A stretch of DNA of 64,000 nt, taken from Tubiluchus corallicola (lineage: Eukaryota; Animalia; Priapulida). Position numbers and translations under genes: made by a program. The first letter of the stretch is position 1, and each line of letters begins with the position of its first letter. This document shows, in pieces, positions 14,401 to 26,091 of the stretch. The stretch covers positions 186,001 to 250,000 of the forward strand of contig JAQGDQ010000278.1 of the NCBI GenBank assembly GCA_030141605.1. Direction: 5' to 3'. The notes beneath the pieces are model-generated. The model saw only the letters and a list, made by a program, of their open reading frames with translations. It did not search any database and was not told where the DNA came from.

Positions 14401-17400
14401 AACTGCAACCATCACGTGACATGTGGGTAAAACAAAGCCGTCTGCTACTTCACTTCGGTAACTTCAGTTATTTCACGTGAACTTTACTTAATTATGCATT
14501 AGTCTGTGCGTAGAATGATTTACTAGCAGGACTCTGCTTGGGAACAAGAAAAAATAAACTAGGTAAGGTTTTAGCTAGCTGTTAAAACTGTTACTATTAC
14601 AATAGCATGGCTGCAAGGTGTTGTCAAGCATATACAAATGACCTGTCTGATTCACTTAACCTTTGACCTTTTCACAATTCAATCATTAATTGCTGGAAGT
14701 GTGGAAAGGCTTATTCAAACTCTTTATTTTCAGACTTTTCCAATCTTGGAACATTTGATTAGAGGCATAACAAAACTGAAATTCAAATGTATCAAGTTAT
14801 TAAGAAAATACGATATGCTCTCTTAGTAATTCTCATGCTAAATTCAGTACACACCAATCTCTTTTCAATGTCCTTCTCTGAACTTTGATGATGGTGCAAA
14901 GAATGTGCAACACGTTTATGAGTAGAACTGCATGTTTGCTCCAGTAACTTCACACGTTTTTCTGTTGTCATAAGATCTTCTGTTAATACTTCAGTCTTTT
15001 CTGCTCTGTAATAAAAATAGAACTGTATATGGTAAAGAAAACTAATGCAATTGTTTACGACTAATGACTAGGAACAGTTGGGTCTCAAGATTAATGATTA
15101 ATGCACAATTATTAATTTTTTGACAGTCTGACACACTTACACCCAAACAGCTGAAACCAGGACCAAAATGGAGAAAATGTGTTGCTTAAATAATCGATTA
15201 TTTGATACACATTTCTGTACATTTAACACTGATCTCCACAGAATGTTTGCAAACATAAATAATAAACTATACAACAGTAGCAGATTGGGTCTAAAATTTC
15301 TATCGGGAAAACTCGTAAAAAGGCTCAGTCAAAAGGAACCACTTAATTCCAAAGCGTAGTCAAGCGAAACAAATAAAAGTAAAGGTTTTAGGCAAATGAA
15401 ATATTCCAATGTTACAGCTATTCAATATTATTGTATTTATTTATGTTAATGTGTGCATACTACAAACACTAGAAAATTTTAATAAACTTACAATAAAAAT
15501 GAAAATCATGATCATAGAACAACCAACCCGAGAAAATTTACAAAGTATAATTAGAAAATGTTTTCATATGTAATCTCATATTGTATTTATTTATGTTAAT
15601 GTGTGCATACTACAAACACTAGAAAATTTTAATAAACTTACAATAAAAATGAAAATCATGATCATAGAACAACCAATCCGAGAAAATTTACAAAGTATAA
15701 TTAGAAAATGTTTTCATATGTAATCTCATATGGTTACTATAAAAATCTTTATTACGAAAACCCCATTTGTACAATGTTTTCTCAAAGTCCAGCCAATATA
15801 ATTTTAAGGTAAGCAAACACTGTCATACGATTTTCAGTCTGATGATTATTTGGTTAATTAGTAATGACTTATTATAAAACATTTGTACATTACTTTGCCC
15901 TCCCCATCTTAGTAATGACTTATTCTAAAACGTTTGTACATTACGTTGCCCTCCCCATCTAGACAGTAGACACACTTCACCTGTTGCCATGATGACCATA
16001 ATCTATAGTTTATATGTTTTTACCTGGCATACCACACACTTGCAGAAAGCAACACTATGTGGGAGTACTATGAACGATGTAATAGATATACAGTATCATC
16101 CAATGACAATGTTTGGCGCTGATTTAGAAATTTAAAGCAGCAAAGAATTTTAGGGAGACAGAAATTCAAAAATGATGACCTTCAACTTAAGAAAAAACAA
16201 AATACATGGCAACATATATAACAAAAAAGAGAAATGATGAAGAACTAATATTGAATGTAAAAAATGGCGAAATTAAACGAACTCATGACTATACATACTT
16301 GAGAGATTGGTTTAATAGCAAAAATAATTATCAGCTTATGTTTGAAAAAAGAAAGGATAAAATGTAATTTATGATTTTAGAAATAATGACCATTGGTAAT
16401 GAATCTAAAGTTGGAACTACTGTTACAGCTGTTCGGCTAATGCTCTACGAAAACACAGTAATACCTTCAATAATCAATAATGCTGAGACTTGGACCAATC
16501 TCACCAAATCAGAAATAGATGAATTGGAAAGCTTACATAAAGAAGCACTAGCAAAAATTTTATGTCAAAAGGATAGTACGCCATATTGGGGCATATTAAG
16601 TGAAACAAAAACCTGGCCAATGATTTGTAGGGTAGACTACAAAAAATTAATGTATTATCATCTGTTAATGAACTCAAATGATGAAAGAATGGCAAAACAA
16701 GTTCTAAAAGTGCAAATAAATAATAACTTTAATTCAGAAATCAAACACATCATGAATAAATATAATATTGATATAAATACAGTGGATATAAAGGTAATAA
16801 CCAAATCTAGATGGAAAAAGTATGTAAAGAATGAAATTTATTTATAGAAAGAGAGCTTTAAACTAAAATAGAAACTATGACAAAATTAAGATTTTTAAAA
16901 AACAGAACTTTCCAAAGACAAATGTTTGTCAAAAAATGTAGGTTAGATGAAATGAAAGATATTATGTCAATTAGACTTAATATGATAGATGTTAAAGCAA
17001 ATTTCAAAAATCAGTATAAAGGGGATCTGAAATGTTCTTTATGTCAGGTAGTAGAGGATACTACTGAGCATCTTTTTGAATGTAAAGCTATGTATATCAA
17101 CAAGTTGGGCCTATCTGTGCAAGATATAAGTGAATGGAACATAAATAAATTACTACTGACTAGGATGTATGTTAATGAGCTGTTGAAACTAAAAATATAA
17201 TTAAAGACGAGTGAACAGTAAAGGCAAATTGACATAAAAGATATTTGGTGTGATTTGTAAAACAAGTTGATTGTGTTGTTGATCTCGCAAACAGACACTT
17301 TTTAATGATGTCTGTTTGCTCGCCACTGGTGGTGAAGAGGAGCGAGCGTATCCACGGTAACTAATATTGTAACTTGGCCCCCCTCTCTCCTCTCCTCCTG

Positions 17401-18357
17401 CCCCCTACCCTCCTGCAAGTCTGCCACTTCTATACAATTATCTGACAATAAATACTATATCACAAGTACTACAACAATATAAAAATAAGCAGTAGATTTT
17501 CAAAAGCGGTAAAACAGACACATTATTAATGTTTTGTTGTGAAGTGATCAATGAAAAATGAGATTTTTGCTATAGTCAAGGATAAAAGGTCAATAAAGTG
17601 AAATATTAATATTGAAGGCGGTTCATAATTTCTCCAAGCTTTTTGGTTGGAGGGATTGTTCCCATAATGCTTATCACATTACTTCTTTAACAAATTATCT
17701 CATTAACAGATAAAAGCTGGAATAAAAAGCTTGTAGACACTAACGGAACATGAGCAGAGGTTAAGGCTCAACAATAAAATCATTGGCAGCCTGATGTCTT
17801 GAAAACCGACCACTGCTTTTTAAACAACTTAGGCCATAGATTCCTGATCTACAAAAGTTCAACATTTGCATTGATGGGGATGACAAATATATGCACCTTA
17901 GCGTTTTTGAGTAGAAAATTAGCATAGTGGTACAATATACATAGCTACTCTCCCTGATATAAAAGGTATTCGGGCACCAGACGGATGGATGGATGGATCC
18001 GAAGCGCTGCAGTAATATGTAAATGATTATCATCTAAATGCAGACCCAATAAAGGGATAGGTAAGGCTCAAATCATGTACCAGCATGACTAGAAGATATT
18101 GCTAATAGTCGTGCTTTATGAACCTCAGAGGAAGTTTGTTTGATTAATTATTTGCAAACAAGGTAATAAGGTAAAAAACAATTTTTACAGCCTTAAGAAA
18201 TCGATCATTCAGGCCTATACTAGTAATCTTTAACTTGCAATAGTGTGCTACAAAATTTACGTAAACGCAGAGATACATACCGTCCAACTGTTTGATCAGC
18301 AAGTTGCTTTACGCGAAAGAACTGCTTCTTCATTTTATCGTAACTGTAACCCGCCAT
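1196..18357 (-). CDS. ARHGAP44: BAR + RhoGAP domain protein, ARHGAP17/ARHGAP44 (RICH/nadrin) family; 3' part not seen
   Basis: Phase-consistent GT-AG exons: 18357-18281 (MAGYSYDKMKKQFFRVKQLADQTVGR), 15005-14855 (AEKTEVLTEDL), 12787-12708 (KKLPESLLA), 10962-10851, 9806-9730 (VDFPNIAKLKKQL), 8353-8143 (VEQCKDQLASELY), 7100-7019, 6866-6739 (KPVYGVALSEHL), 5327-5140 (GLFRIAGS with the arginine finger; LKLYLRELPDPLLT), 2960-2880, 1312-1196 (YLIKFLAKL..NKMTTSNIAIVFGPNL). Together 434 codons, ending at a GTGAGT donor. ARHGAP17 and ARHGAP44 cannot be told apart here. Confidence 0.93.
2571..2729. repeat. Diverged tandem duplication, about 79 bp x2
   Basis: gcatagctttgaaagtttaa...aattattatttaat...atttaaaaaaa occurs at 2571 and 2650. 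Confidence 0.8.
3750..4110. repeat. Degenerate minisatellite, unit about 32 bp, about 10 copies
   Basis: A consensus close to GATTTGGCCTACAGCAGTTTTGGCTTGATTTT repeats in tandem within a RhoGAP intron. Confidence 0.85.
5376..5499. repeat. Compound trinucleotide microsatellite (AAT)(ACT/GCT)(GCC)(ACC)(AAT)
   Basis: Directly visible in-register triplet runs. Confidence 0.95.
6525..6632. repeat. Pentanucleotide repeat (CTAAC/CTAAT)n
   Basis: taacctaacctaacc...ctaatctaatccaatctaat runs. Confidence 0.8.
10694..10830. repeat. Diverged direct duplication, period about 83 bp
   Basis: ctcagttgaaaga..ttttt..atacaccctcctca occurs twice, next to the RhoGAP exon 4 donor. Confidence 0.75.
13057..13437. 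mobile_element. Old hAT-like MITE
   Basis: Imperfect TIRs cagtagcatgca / tgcacgttactg and GC-rich subterminal ggggc/gcccc motifs; no clear TSD. Confidence 0.45.
15429..15731. repeat. Recent 150-bp tandem duplication
   Basis: 15431-15580 and 15581-15730 are identical except for one substitution (accaaccc vs accaatcc). Confidence 0.95.
15858..15962. repeat. Tandem duplication, about 51 bp x2
   Basis: ttagtaatgacttatt.taaaac.tttgtacattac.ttgccctccccatc occurs twice. Confidence 0.9.
16150..17260 (+). mobile_element. Degenerate non-LTR retrotransposon ORF2, 3' part
   Basis: Consecutive ORFs 16371-16847 and 16877-17200 carry post-RT motifs (LYENTVIPSIINNAETW, STPYWGILSE) and a C-terminal CCHC motif (CSLC..TTEHLFEC). 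Interrupted by a stop/frameshift. Boundaries approximate. Confidence 0.8.
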
Positions 18358-19329
18358 AGCGAAAACTTTATAATTTACTTTAGTTGGTGAGCAGCTTGCA
18401 AAATATCACTAGCAAAATCTACAATTTACTCAAAAACACAGCAGTTTAACACACTACTGAACAACAATCACGCCTTCGAAATTTCAGAATCTCTTACTGC
18501 ACTGGCAACCACAACAGGCTCAGCAGCTCGCTGTCAGTCTCAACTCAACGTGAGGTCAAGGGCATAGCTAGGCCTGAAAGGGATCAAAATTCTATGAATT
18601 TGCACCGTCACTTATTATCACCATTGACTGAAGAAACCGCAGAGGACTGGAAATCAAATTGCATGATGAAATACAGAGATATTGTGTCTCGCGCAGAGGT
18701 TATTCTGACTATCCGTAAGATCGATTTACAGACATTCCTGTAAGATAGTATGGATCACTGTCTTGTTCTATAAAAAAAACTTGTCTTGCGCGTTGCTGTT
18801 GGTCTAATGGCTTTAAGTGAGCTTATAATTGCAAGATAACTCTAGAATAATATGGACGTGCGTGTTCTTGTAAGTTGTGACTTGCCATGTAGCCCATGAT
18901 TGCTCACCAGCATGATGCTCATTGCTCACCCGATGAGCTCTGTGTTCACCCCTTAGGTACGCCCTCAAAAGAGGTCAGTTTTGTAAAAACTATTCTTATT
19001 GGATGTTAAAGCTGAGTGAGTAAGCTTGAGCTTGTTAAATAACGAGGCACTGGTGGATTGAAGATAATTGAAAAAGAACACATTTTAAATTAAATTAACA
19101 CATTAAATTAACAACAACAAATATTTTTTACGACTAAAAAAGTCGTGCTTCATAATTTCTACTCAAAGCAGTCGCGGTTGCATAAACCAACCAAAAAAAT
19201 TAATAACTTTCAGACAATCGGTTTTCTCCGCTAGATGGTAGACACTCTGCTCCTTATAAAGATTTCTGCAATAAAATTTAGAAGGTTATTGAAGAAAGTG
19301 CATCATTTTTGAATTTCTGCGAGGTAGCA

Positions 19330-22300
19330 ATGTTATCACAATTTAGGTCATCCATTATTTGTTTAGCAAAATGGCTAAATGTTGCTTCTCGATCAATTAC
19401 TTATGTTACAAGTAATGAATGTGGCAAGTGTCGTCATCCTGCGTTAGTGAGTATAATAATAAGTATTTGAATATTAGCGAGACGTATAGCCTAAGATATA
19501 CTGTAAAGATTCTTTTGCTACTCGCAAAAATTGTTAATAATGTGCATTGAAATGTGTGTCGGTAATTGATGACTTGAATCCGAGTTTTTTAATTCAATTC
19601 AAAATTTTTCTTCATTTCCAATACAAAGTTCATTAAGGTAGTTACAACAGGTCGTGTAAAGTATGTAGAGGTGGGGTGGCGAAAAATCAAGGGGTCAAAG
19701 CTTCTAATGTGGTGAAGTGTGCAAATCTAGCATTAGGAAGTAACGTTACCTAATCACTACATCTTGTCATTCTCCATTGTCTCATCTTTCTCACCTCATC
19801 TTCACACTCATTATCTTTCAAAGTGTCCCTTCTTTTTAACTTGCGTCCTCTGCATTCCTGTTATTCCATATTGCTTGTTCGACTTAGATCTTACAAGTTC
19901 ATTTTCTGATATGAGACAATAATTATTTGTGCTGCATTGATCATTAGGCTATATCGTATTTAAAAGTATTTCTTATATTATTTCTACATTGTGTATTTTT
20001 GAGTAAAATATTGGCTTTTGGAATAAATAAACTATATACTATGCGACTACTAAAGGAATGATAAAGAGACAGTTAGTATCCAGAGACATCAATGCAATTG
20101 TGAAACTGTACAAAAGCTTGGTAAGACACAAATTAGAGTATTGCTTACAAGCATAAAATCCACATTATAGAAAAGACACTAAGCTTTTAGAAGGTGTTCA
20201 GCAAAGGGTGTTTAACGTGACTGAAGGTATAGAGGAAATGGTCGTTATCAAGAGAAAGGCTTAGAAAATGTTCACTTGCAGCCTTAGAGACATTGAGGAA
20301 ATTTGATACAAACTTATAAAATTATGCATATGAGTTAGGTAGCATAAAAAAGAAAGAAATGTTTATACTGGTAAATGTAGGCAGAATCAGATGGCATTCT
20401 CTTAAAATTTTTAAATGTAGAGCCAGATTGGACTGCAGAAAATATTTTTTCACGGAAAGAGAGGTCATAAATAAATATAAGGATGAGAGGTAAATGTATG
20501 TTAAGCTTGTCATTTATAGTTTTTTTCTTTTTAGTACTGAACGTGCATAAATAATTTAATGATTTTTAACTTAAATTTACAGATAGCTGAACATTGCATT
20601 GTTCAAGAAAGAGCAATAAGTACTTGTCGACATTCTGATCAAGGAGTATCATATAAGATGAAGATGAAAGAACGTGTCATAAATGAGAGCTGCAAGTTCG
20701 ATATGCTTGTCCATGATTTCTTTCCACCAAATAAGAAAATTGTTTCACAACATTTATTAGAAGAACTTGATACGTCAAGAGCATTGGGTCCTGTTAGTTA
20801 TGATGAGTGCAACGTACCAGCTGTTTTGCATACAGACATTGATACTATTCACGTGCTAAATGAAGACAGCGTTACTTCTGCTGCTGGATGCAATGTGATT
20901 AGTAGGGAAAATCATTCTGTGACTGTAATGTGTGTTCCAGTGGAGAATGTTGATGATTCTATTGCTGAATACAGTTCCAGTGAGAGAGAGATGGCAAAGA
21001 ATCAGGCACCAGTTCCTGATCCTTTGGGAAAACCTACACTTGAGCAACTGACAGTTCTTCAAGAAAAACTACATGATACGGTAAAATTTTTATGACACTA
21101 GCATCACTAATAAAATTATCTTTTCCGTGCATAATGTAGACTTAATGATTGTCAACTAGAGATTTATAGACTAAACGACATGGGTTTAATCACCGAATGT
21201 CAAAAATCTAGCTCTTTTTACTTCCAAGCTTCTTTTAATATACACATTTTATGCATTCAACTTTTGCATCTCAGAGACACTGCAGATTAGCAGTTTTACT
21301 GTGCATTTCTGCACAGTTTACTTCTACCTAAACAAGACACCAATGAGATATTATATTAAACTTGAATCGTTCTTTTTACTTTGAGTGTCTGGAGGCAAAA
21401 TCTGTGTAACTGATGCCAATTGGAAATGTGGATTGTGTACCATGCACATTTAATATGTAGGAACTTCAATAATCTTAAAATTACAGATCTTTACTTCAGC
21501 AAATCCTCCAGTTCTCCTATTGTTGCACAAAGGCCTGAACTAAATAATTCATTCTACCTAAACTCACTAATATCTGATTCATGTAAATCACACCTGTGGA
21601 TTAGTCTATTTTTTCGTTTTTAGATTGCTAATCCTTGTGGTGTCACAAGAACAAGATGACAAATTTTGCTAAGTTTTTATGTTCCTTATGGTTCTGTTAC
21701 TATGTGAAAAAATTTTTAACTTGATTTTCAGATAAAAAAAATTTTTGTGTCAACACACGATTATTCTTTGTACCACAAGAATGTCATCTTTGAAAACAAT
21801 TTTACTGGAAAGGTATATAGGTAGGTATCAAACACTTTGGGCATTTTATGGAAACAGTTGTACATTTTACTTTTTAAAATCAGTATGATATTAGAAGTTT
21901 ACATTTTATTGCTCTACAAGTTTTGATAGTACTGTTTAATGTACGTAGCAGTGACTTGCTAAGTGAGTGTGTAGTGTAATTCCCGAATAATGTCTTTAAC
22001 TTAAAACACCTTATCTGTAAAAATATAATTGAAAATCAAATGCTCAATTATTAATGCAGTCAAATTTTATTATACCCCTCCATTATAATGCCAGCCTCAG
22101 TTAATGCCCAAATTTTTGGCAAAACAATGGTCCATACATATTTGCATAGACATGTATGTTTTAATGTATCTTGTTATAATGCAAAACTCGCTTAATTCTA
22201 ACTTTTTCTGGAGCCCCATTGTGGGCAGTAAAAATAGGAGTAACATAGCTACTCGGCCAAATAAGTACCTAACATAATTAATGTGTGTTTGATTAGAATA

Positions 22301-24109
22301 CTACAAGGTTTACATTTAGTTTGGCTTAGCAAGTATATTTGTAATTTCTCTTCACAAATTGAAGTTAAATTTCTGTGTGCGGTTTTGTGCCTTGTTAAAA
22401 TTCTCTCCTAAAAAATTGAAACGTTTCAAATTGGAAGCAAATTTTCGCGAAACCACTTAACAATTTTATGCGACTGTTTCTCTCAAAACACTGTAAAATT
22501 AAATTTTTCATGTTTTTCTTGTAAAGCATATCACCAAAGAAATGATTTTTCTAGAGGTATTGTGAGTTACATGCAACAAGTAGCTTTGTTTCGCATTTGG
22601 GGACACGTGCGCTATGCCCACATTCACATAGAAATTCTCAAAAGCACAGTCCACGAGGAAGATGGTACTATAAGAGTACGCTGGCGATTGAAAGGAATTG
22701 GTGGCATCAGGGCGATACTGACATTCTGGAGATTTAAAATATGGAAAATTAGGCAGTCAGCTGATGAGCAGTCATCGTAAGTGTTCTACACATTACTTAC
22801 TAAAGCTAATAGAAAAGCAAATGAATAAACAGGTATCTGATTGTGCAATGGCATCCACTTAATAAATCCAGCTGCTTATTGTGGCCACTATTTCTGGTAC
22901 GGCACTGCATTTATTTAAATTCAAACTTCGCTTTATAAATCTACCTTGCACGCTGTGAAGACAACAAGATTGTAACATAACACAACACGATTGTCTCGCG
23001 TTTTAACTTGACGATGATGATGACAGTGAATCTGAATCAGAATTACTATATCAGATGCTGAAATGTGACGTGAGCTGGAAACACTGCAGAACAGTGACTA
23101 TTCAAACATACAACACTTCACCTAACTCAAGCAAGACATTCAATTGCATCTTCGAAAAAATCCACTAAAACAGAACACACTGAACATGTTTCGACTTTAA
23201 ACGTATTTGCATGGTATATAACTGTCTATTGCAAACTTGATTAAGTTAAACTAAAATGCAGGTTCTAACTGATTAACCCTTGTGCGTTAATGTTTTTAAC
23301 TCGCTGGTGTTGAAGTTACTCTATTGCATTTTTAACTTGGCAAGCAATTTATCTCATATCTCAGTGTGTCTCATCGCAATGTATGCATATTTTACGCGAG
23401 TTACTTTAATCATATGAGTGCTAATAAATTATTGCACTTTACAAACGTATTTTGTGTGAGTTACTTTAATCATATGAATTTTATTTATTATTGAACTTTA
23501 TTTAAAAACTTTTCACAAGCAGTTTACTGAATGTTAAAAGAATTGGCCTCACCAATAAACAATATGCACTGTATTAACATGCAAAACGCCACTTAACAGG
23601 TCTCTTCAGTTTATAAATTCATCCACTTAATAAATTCATTTAGTTTCACACCAAGGTGGATTTCTTACAAAGTACACTGTGTTTTTATTTTGTCCCATTG
23701 CGTACTATAATGTTATGCTGGCCTAAACTATCAGTAATGCTTATTTAAGAATAAATAGTTGCTAATTAATCATCAAAAAGCTAGCATTTATGCAGGTAAC
23801 ATGTCACATTTATTGTACTGGTGTTGCCAACATTTTGCTTTCAGCTTTGTATGTTCAATGCAAATAATGCAAAATACTGCACTGTATAAAAACTTTGTCT
23901 GCTATCTATATATCTCATATTGACTACCTTTTTCCAATGCATCTAGGTGGCTAGATGGATTTTCCATTTTCTACTTGAAAGGAGACGGTCTTATACACAA
24001 GCATGTAGCAGATAGAATGATGCGTGAAGAAGAAAAGACCAAAAAGCGTTCTTTCTCTCGGTGGCTGTTCGGAGTAAAACCATTAAAGAAGAGCCTAGCA
24101 CCTAGTTAA
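19330..24109 (+). CDS. C6orf136: C6orf136-like protein (DUF2358), about 362 aa, probable mitochondrial presequence
   Basis: Exons 19330-19446, 20583-21080, 21732-21820 (FVSTHDYSLYHKNVIFENN), 22555-22776 (HIEILKSTVHEEDGTIRVRWRLKG), 23947-24109 (WLDGFSIFYLKGDGLIHKHVADRMM). They total 1089 nt in frame and the motifs match the C6orf136 family. The first exon is the least certain. Confidence 0.85.
20045..20490 (+). mobile_element. CR1-like LINE 3' fragment, decayed
   Basis: Conceptual translation LYKSLVRHKLEYCLQA*NPHYRKDTKLLEGVQQR; later GHSLKIFK..LDCRKYFF, typical of the CR1 ORF2 C-terminus. Confidence 0.75.
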
Positions 24110-24221
24110 TATGTTATATAAATTACTTAGCTAACGAGTTCTTTGATACGTTGTTGATAGTTATTGACTATAGTAATGATGTAGTCAAATTGTTCAACAT
24201 TTTATGTCTGTTTTAGGTGTA

Positions 24222-24991
24222 CAGGAAGTTATCGCTTAACGACACCCTGTTTAGCAATGCTTCGTTTTAACGACACTAGAACTTGACACCGTTTTTTAAT
24301 TAACAATGTGTTTTGTTTTAACAACGATTTTTTACATTGCTCAAAGCAATTTTTACTTTAACAACGATTTGTTTACCGAGTTTGAATTGCCAAAACACTA
24401 CTTATTCCTGTTATTCTATTCAAAAGAGCTGTTATTAATATAAAAACTATGAAGCCTGCAACATGATTTCACTTTGTCTCCTGACGAACTGCTAAGTACG
24501 AAAGACTGCTGTTCTATCAAATGTGATAATGGTCATTATTTGCCACTTACACAAAAAACTGTTACGCCATCTGACTGTCAGTGCAAAGTGCAAGCTTTCT
24601 ACAAAGGAAATTTGCCTAAACTCTGTTGCTATAGCAACCAGTGCCTAGACAAAATTGTCATACTAAAGTTTTACTTAGTTGTAAAATTAACCCCCACCAG
24701 CAGCCGCAATGCAGGTGACGTGCATCATTTGCACTAAAACAGCTTATTCATAGCAGCTTATTCATGTGCTAAGATGCAGCTTGAAAGAGAAGCGGCCAGC
24801 TAGGTATAGATAAAATGATAGGAGGTTTACTCAAAGCAAGTAGAAAAAGCGTTATTGATGTTTGCCCCTGGAGCTTATCCGAATGCTTGTTCATTAGCTC
24901 CTATAGAAAATCTAGTTTCGTTTAACGATGTTTGGCTTAACAGCGAGTTTTGCTGGAATGCATTAGGATCGTTAAGCGAGGACTTACCTTG
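24222..24991 (-). mobile_element. Tc1/pogo-type MITE (family B)
   Basis: TA-flanked TIRs caggaagttatcgcttaacga / tcgttaagcgaggacttaccttg. The right end is the reverse complement of the left ends at 43234 and 62122. Confidence 0.8.
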
Positions 24992-26091
24992 TATGTTAAT
25001 GTTAATAAATGTTAACAGTACTCTACATAGTGACATTGTTTTCTTATACTTGTCTGAACATTATTATTAAAACAAAACAAAACTTATCTAAATTTAACCT
25101 GGACAGTGGATCTATAGTGTAATTAGTAGCTCCCTGTCTGTAATGTAGCCCAGGAACAGACATAATAATTGAACTTAACAATTTGTTTCATTAAAATAAT
25201 TAATGTATTTTATTGTATAAGTTAATAAACAGTTAAAAAAATGTAATGATGAAGTCTGCAGACTTTGGGATGGGGATTGTGATATAATCACCAACATGTC
25301 AATATTTCTAATTCATGCATTTAGTATGGGTCAAATGTTTGATTTTGACTCGTAAAAGTTTCGGTAATTTGAATTCGACAGGTAACCTACAATTATAGAT
25401 TTGAATAATTCAGTATTTCAATAACATTCCTTCTTTATTAAAACATTTGAAACATCATACAATCAGCATAATTCAAGTGCAAATCTCTGTGCACCACTTT
25501 GTAAAAAATATTCTAGTTTATAGAATGGAAACAAGCAATAAGCATGATATTACTACTGTTTACTATTACTGATTTCAAATTTATTCAAACCACTTTAATG
25601 CTGAATTTGAATTCTATTTAAATTTGAGATTTTGAGTTTCGGCCCATGTTCCAAAACCAAAATTACGATTTGACTTCGATCTGTTGTAGCATATACTCGC
25701 CTCTAGTGTTTAGGCAAAATTGTTATGTTAAGGTTTTTTGAACTCGTGAATTTAAAGAACTTGAGCATTACAAGCCTGCAAAAAGACTTGATAATCAAGT
25801 TTTCAGTACATCAAATAACTTTATGTATCTTGACAATATAGAGTTTTGCTCATAATTTATAATTTTGATCATAAGCAATGAATTAGGGATCAGTATAAAA
25901 TTCAGCATTTTGACAGAAATAACTTATACAAAAGTTACTAACCATTAATTCGACAAAAGTGTCACTTTCACATGATATATAAATGTAATAAATAACATTT
26001 AAATAATTTACTATCACTAAGTTAACAATTATAACTACTGATAAGTACTGCCTCATGTGAATACTAAAATACATGCATACTATAATAGTAA

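Noticed and set aside
18662-18710. C/D box snoRNA (ATGATGA ... CTGA)
   Set aside because: Only about 46 nt between the boxes and no convincing terminal stem.
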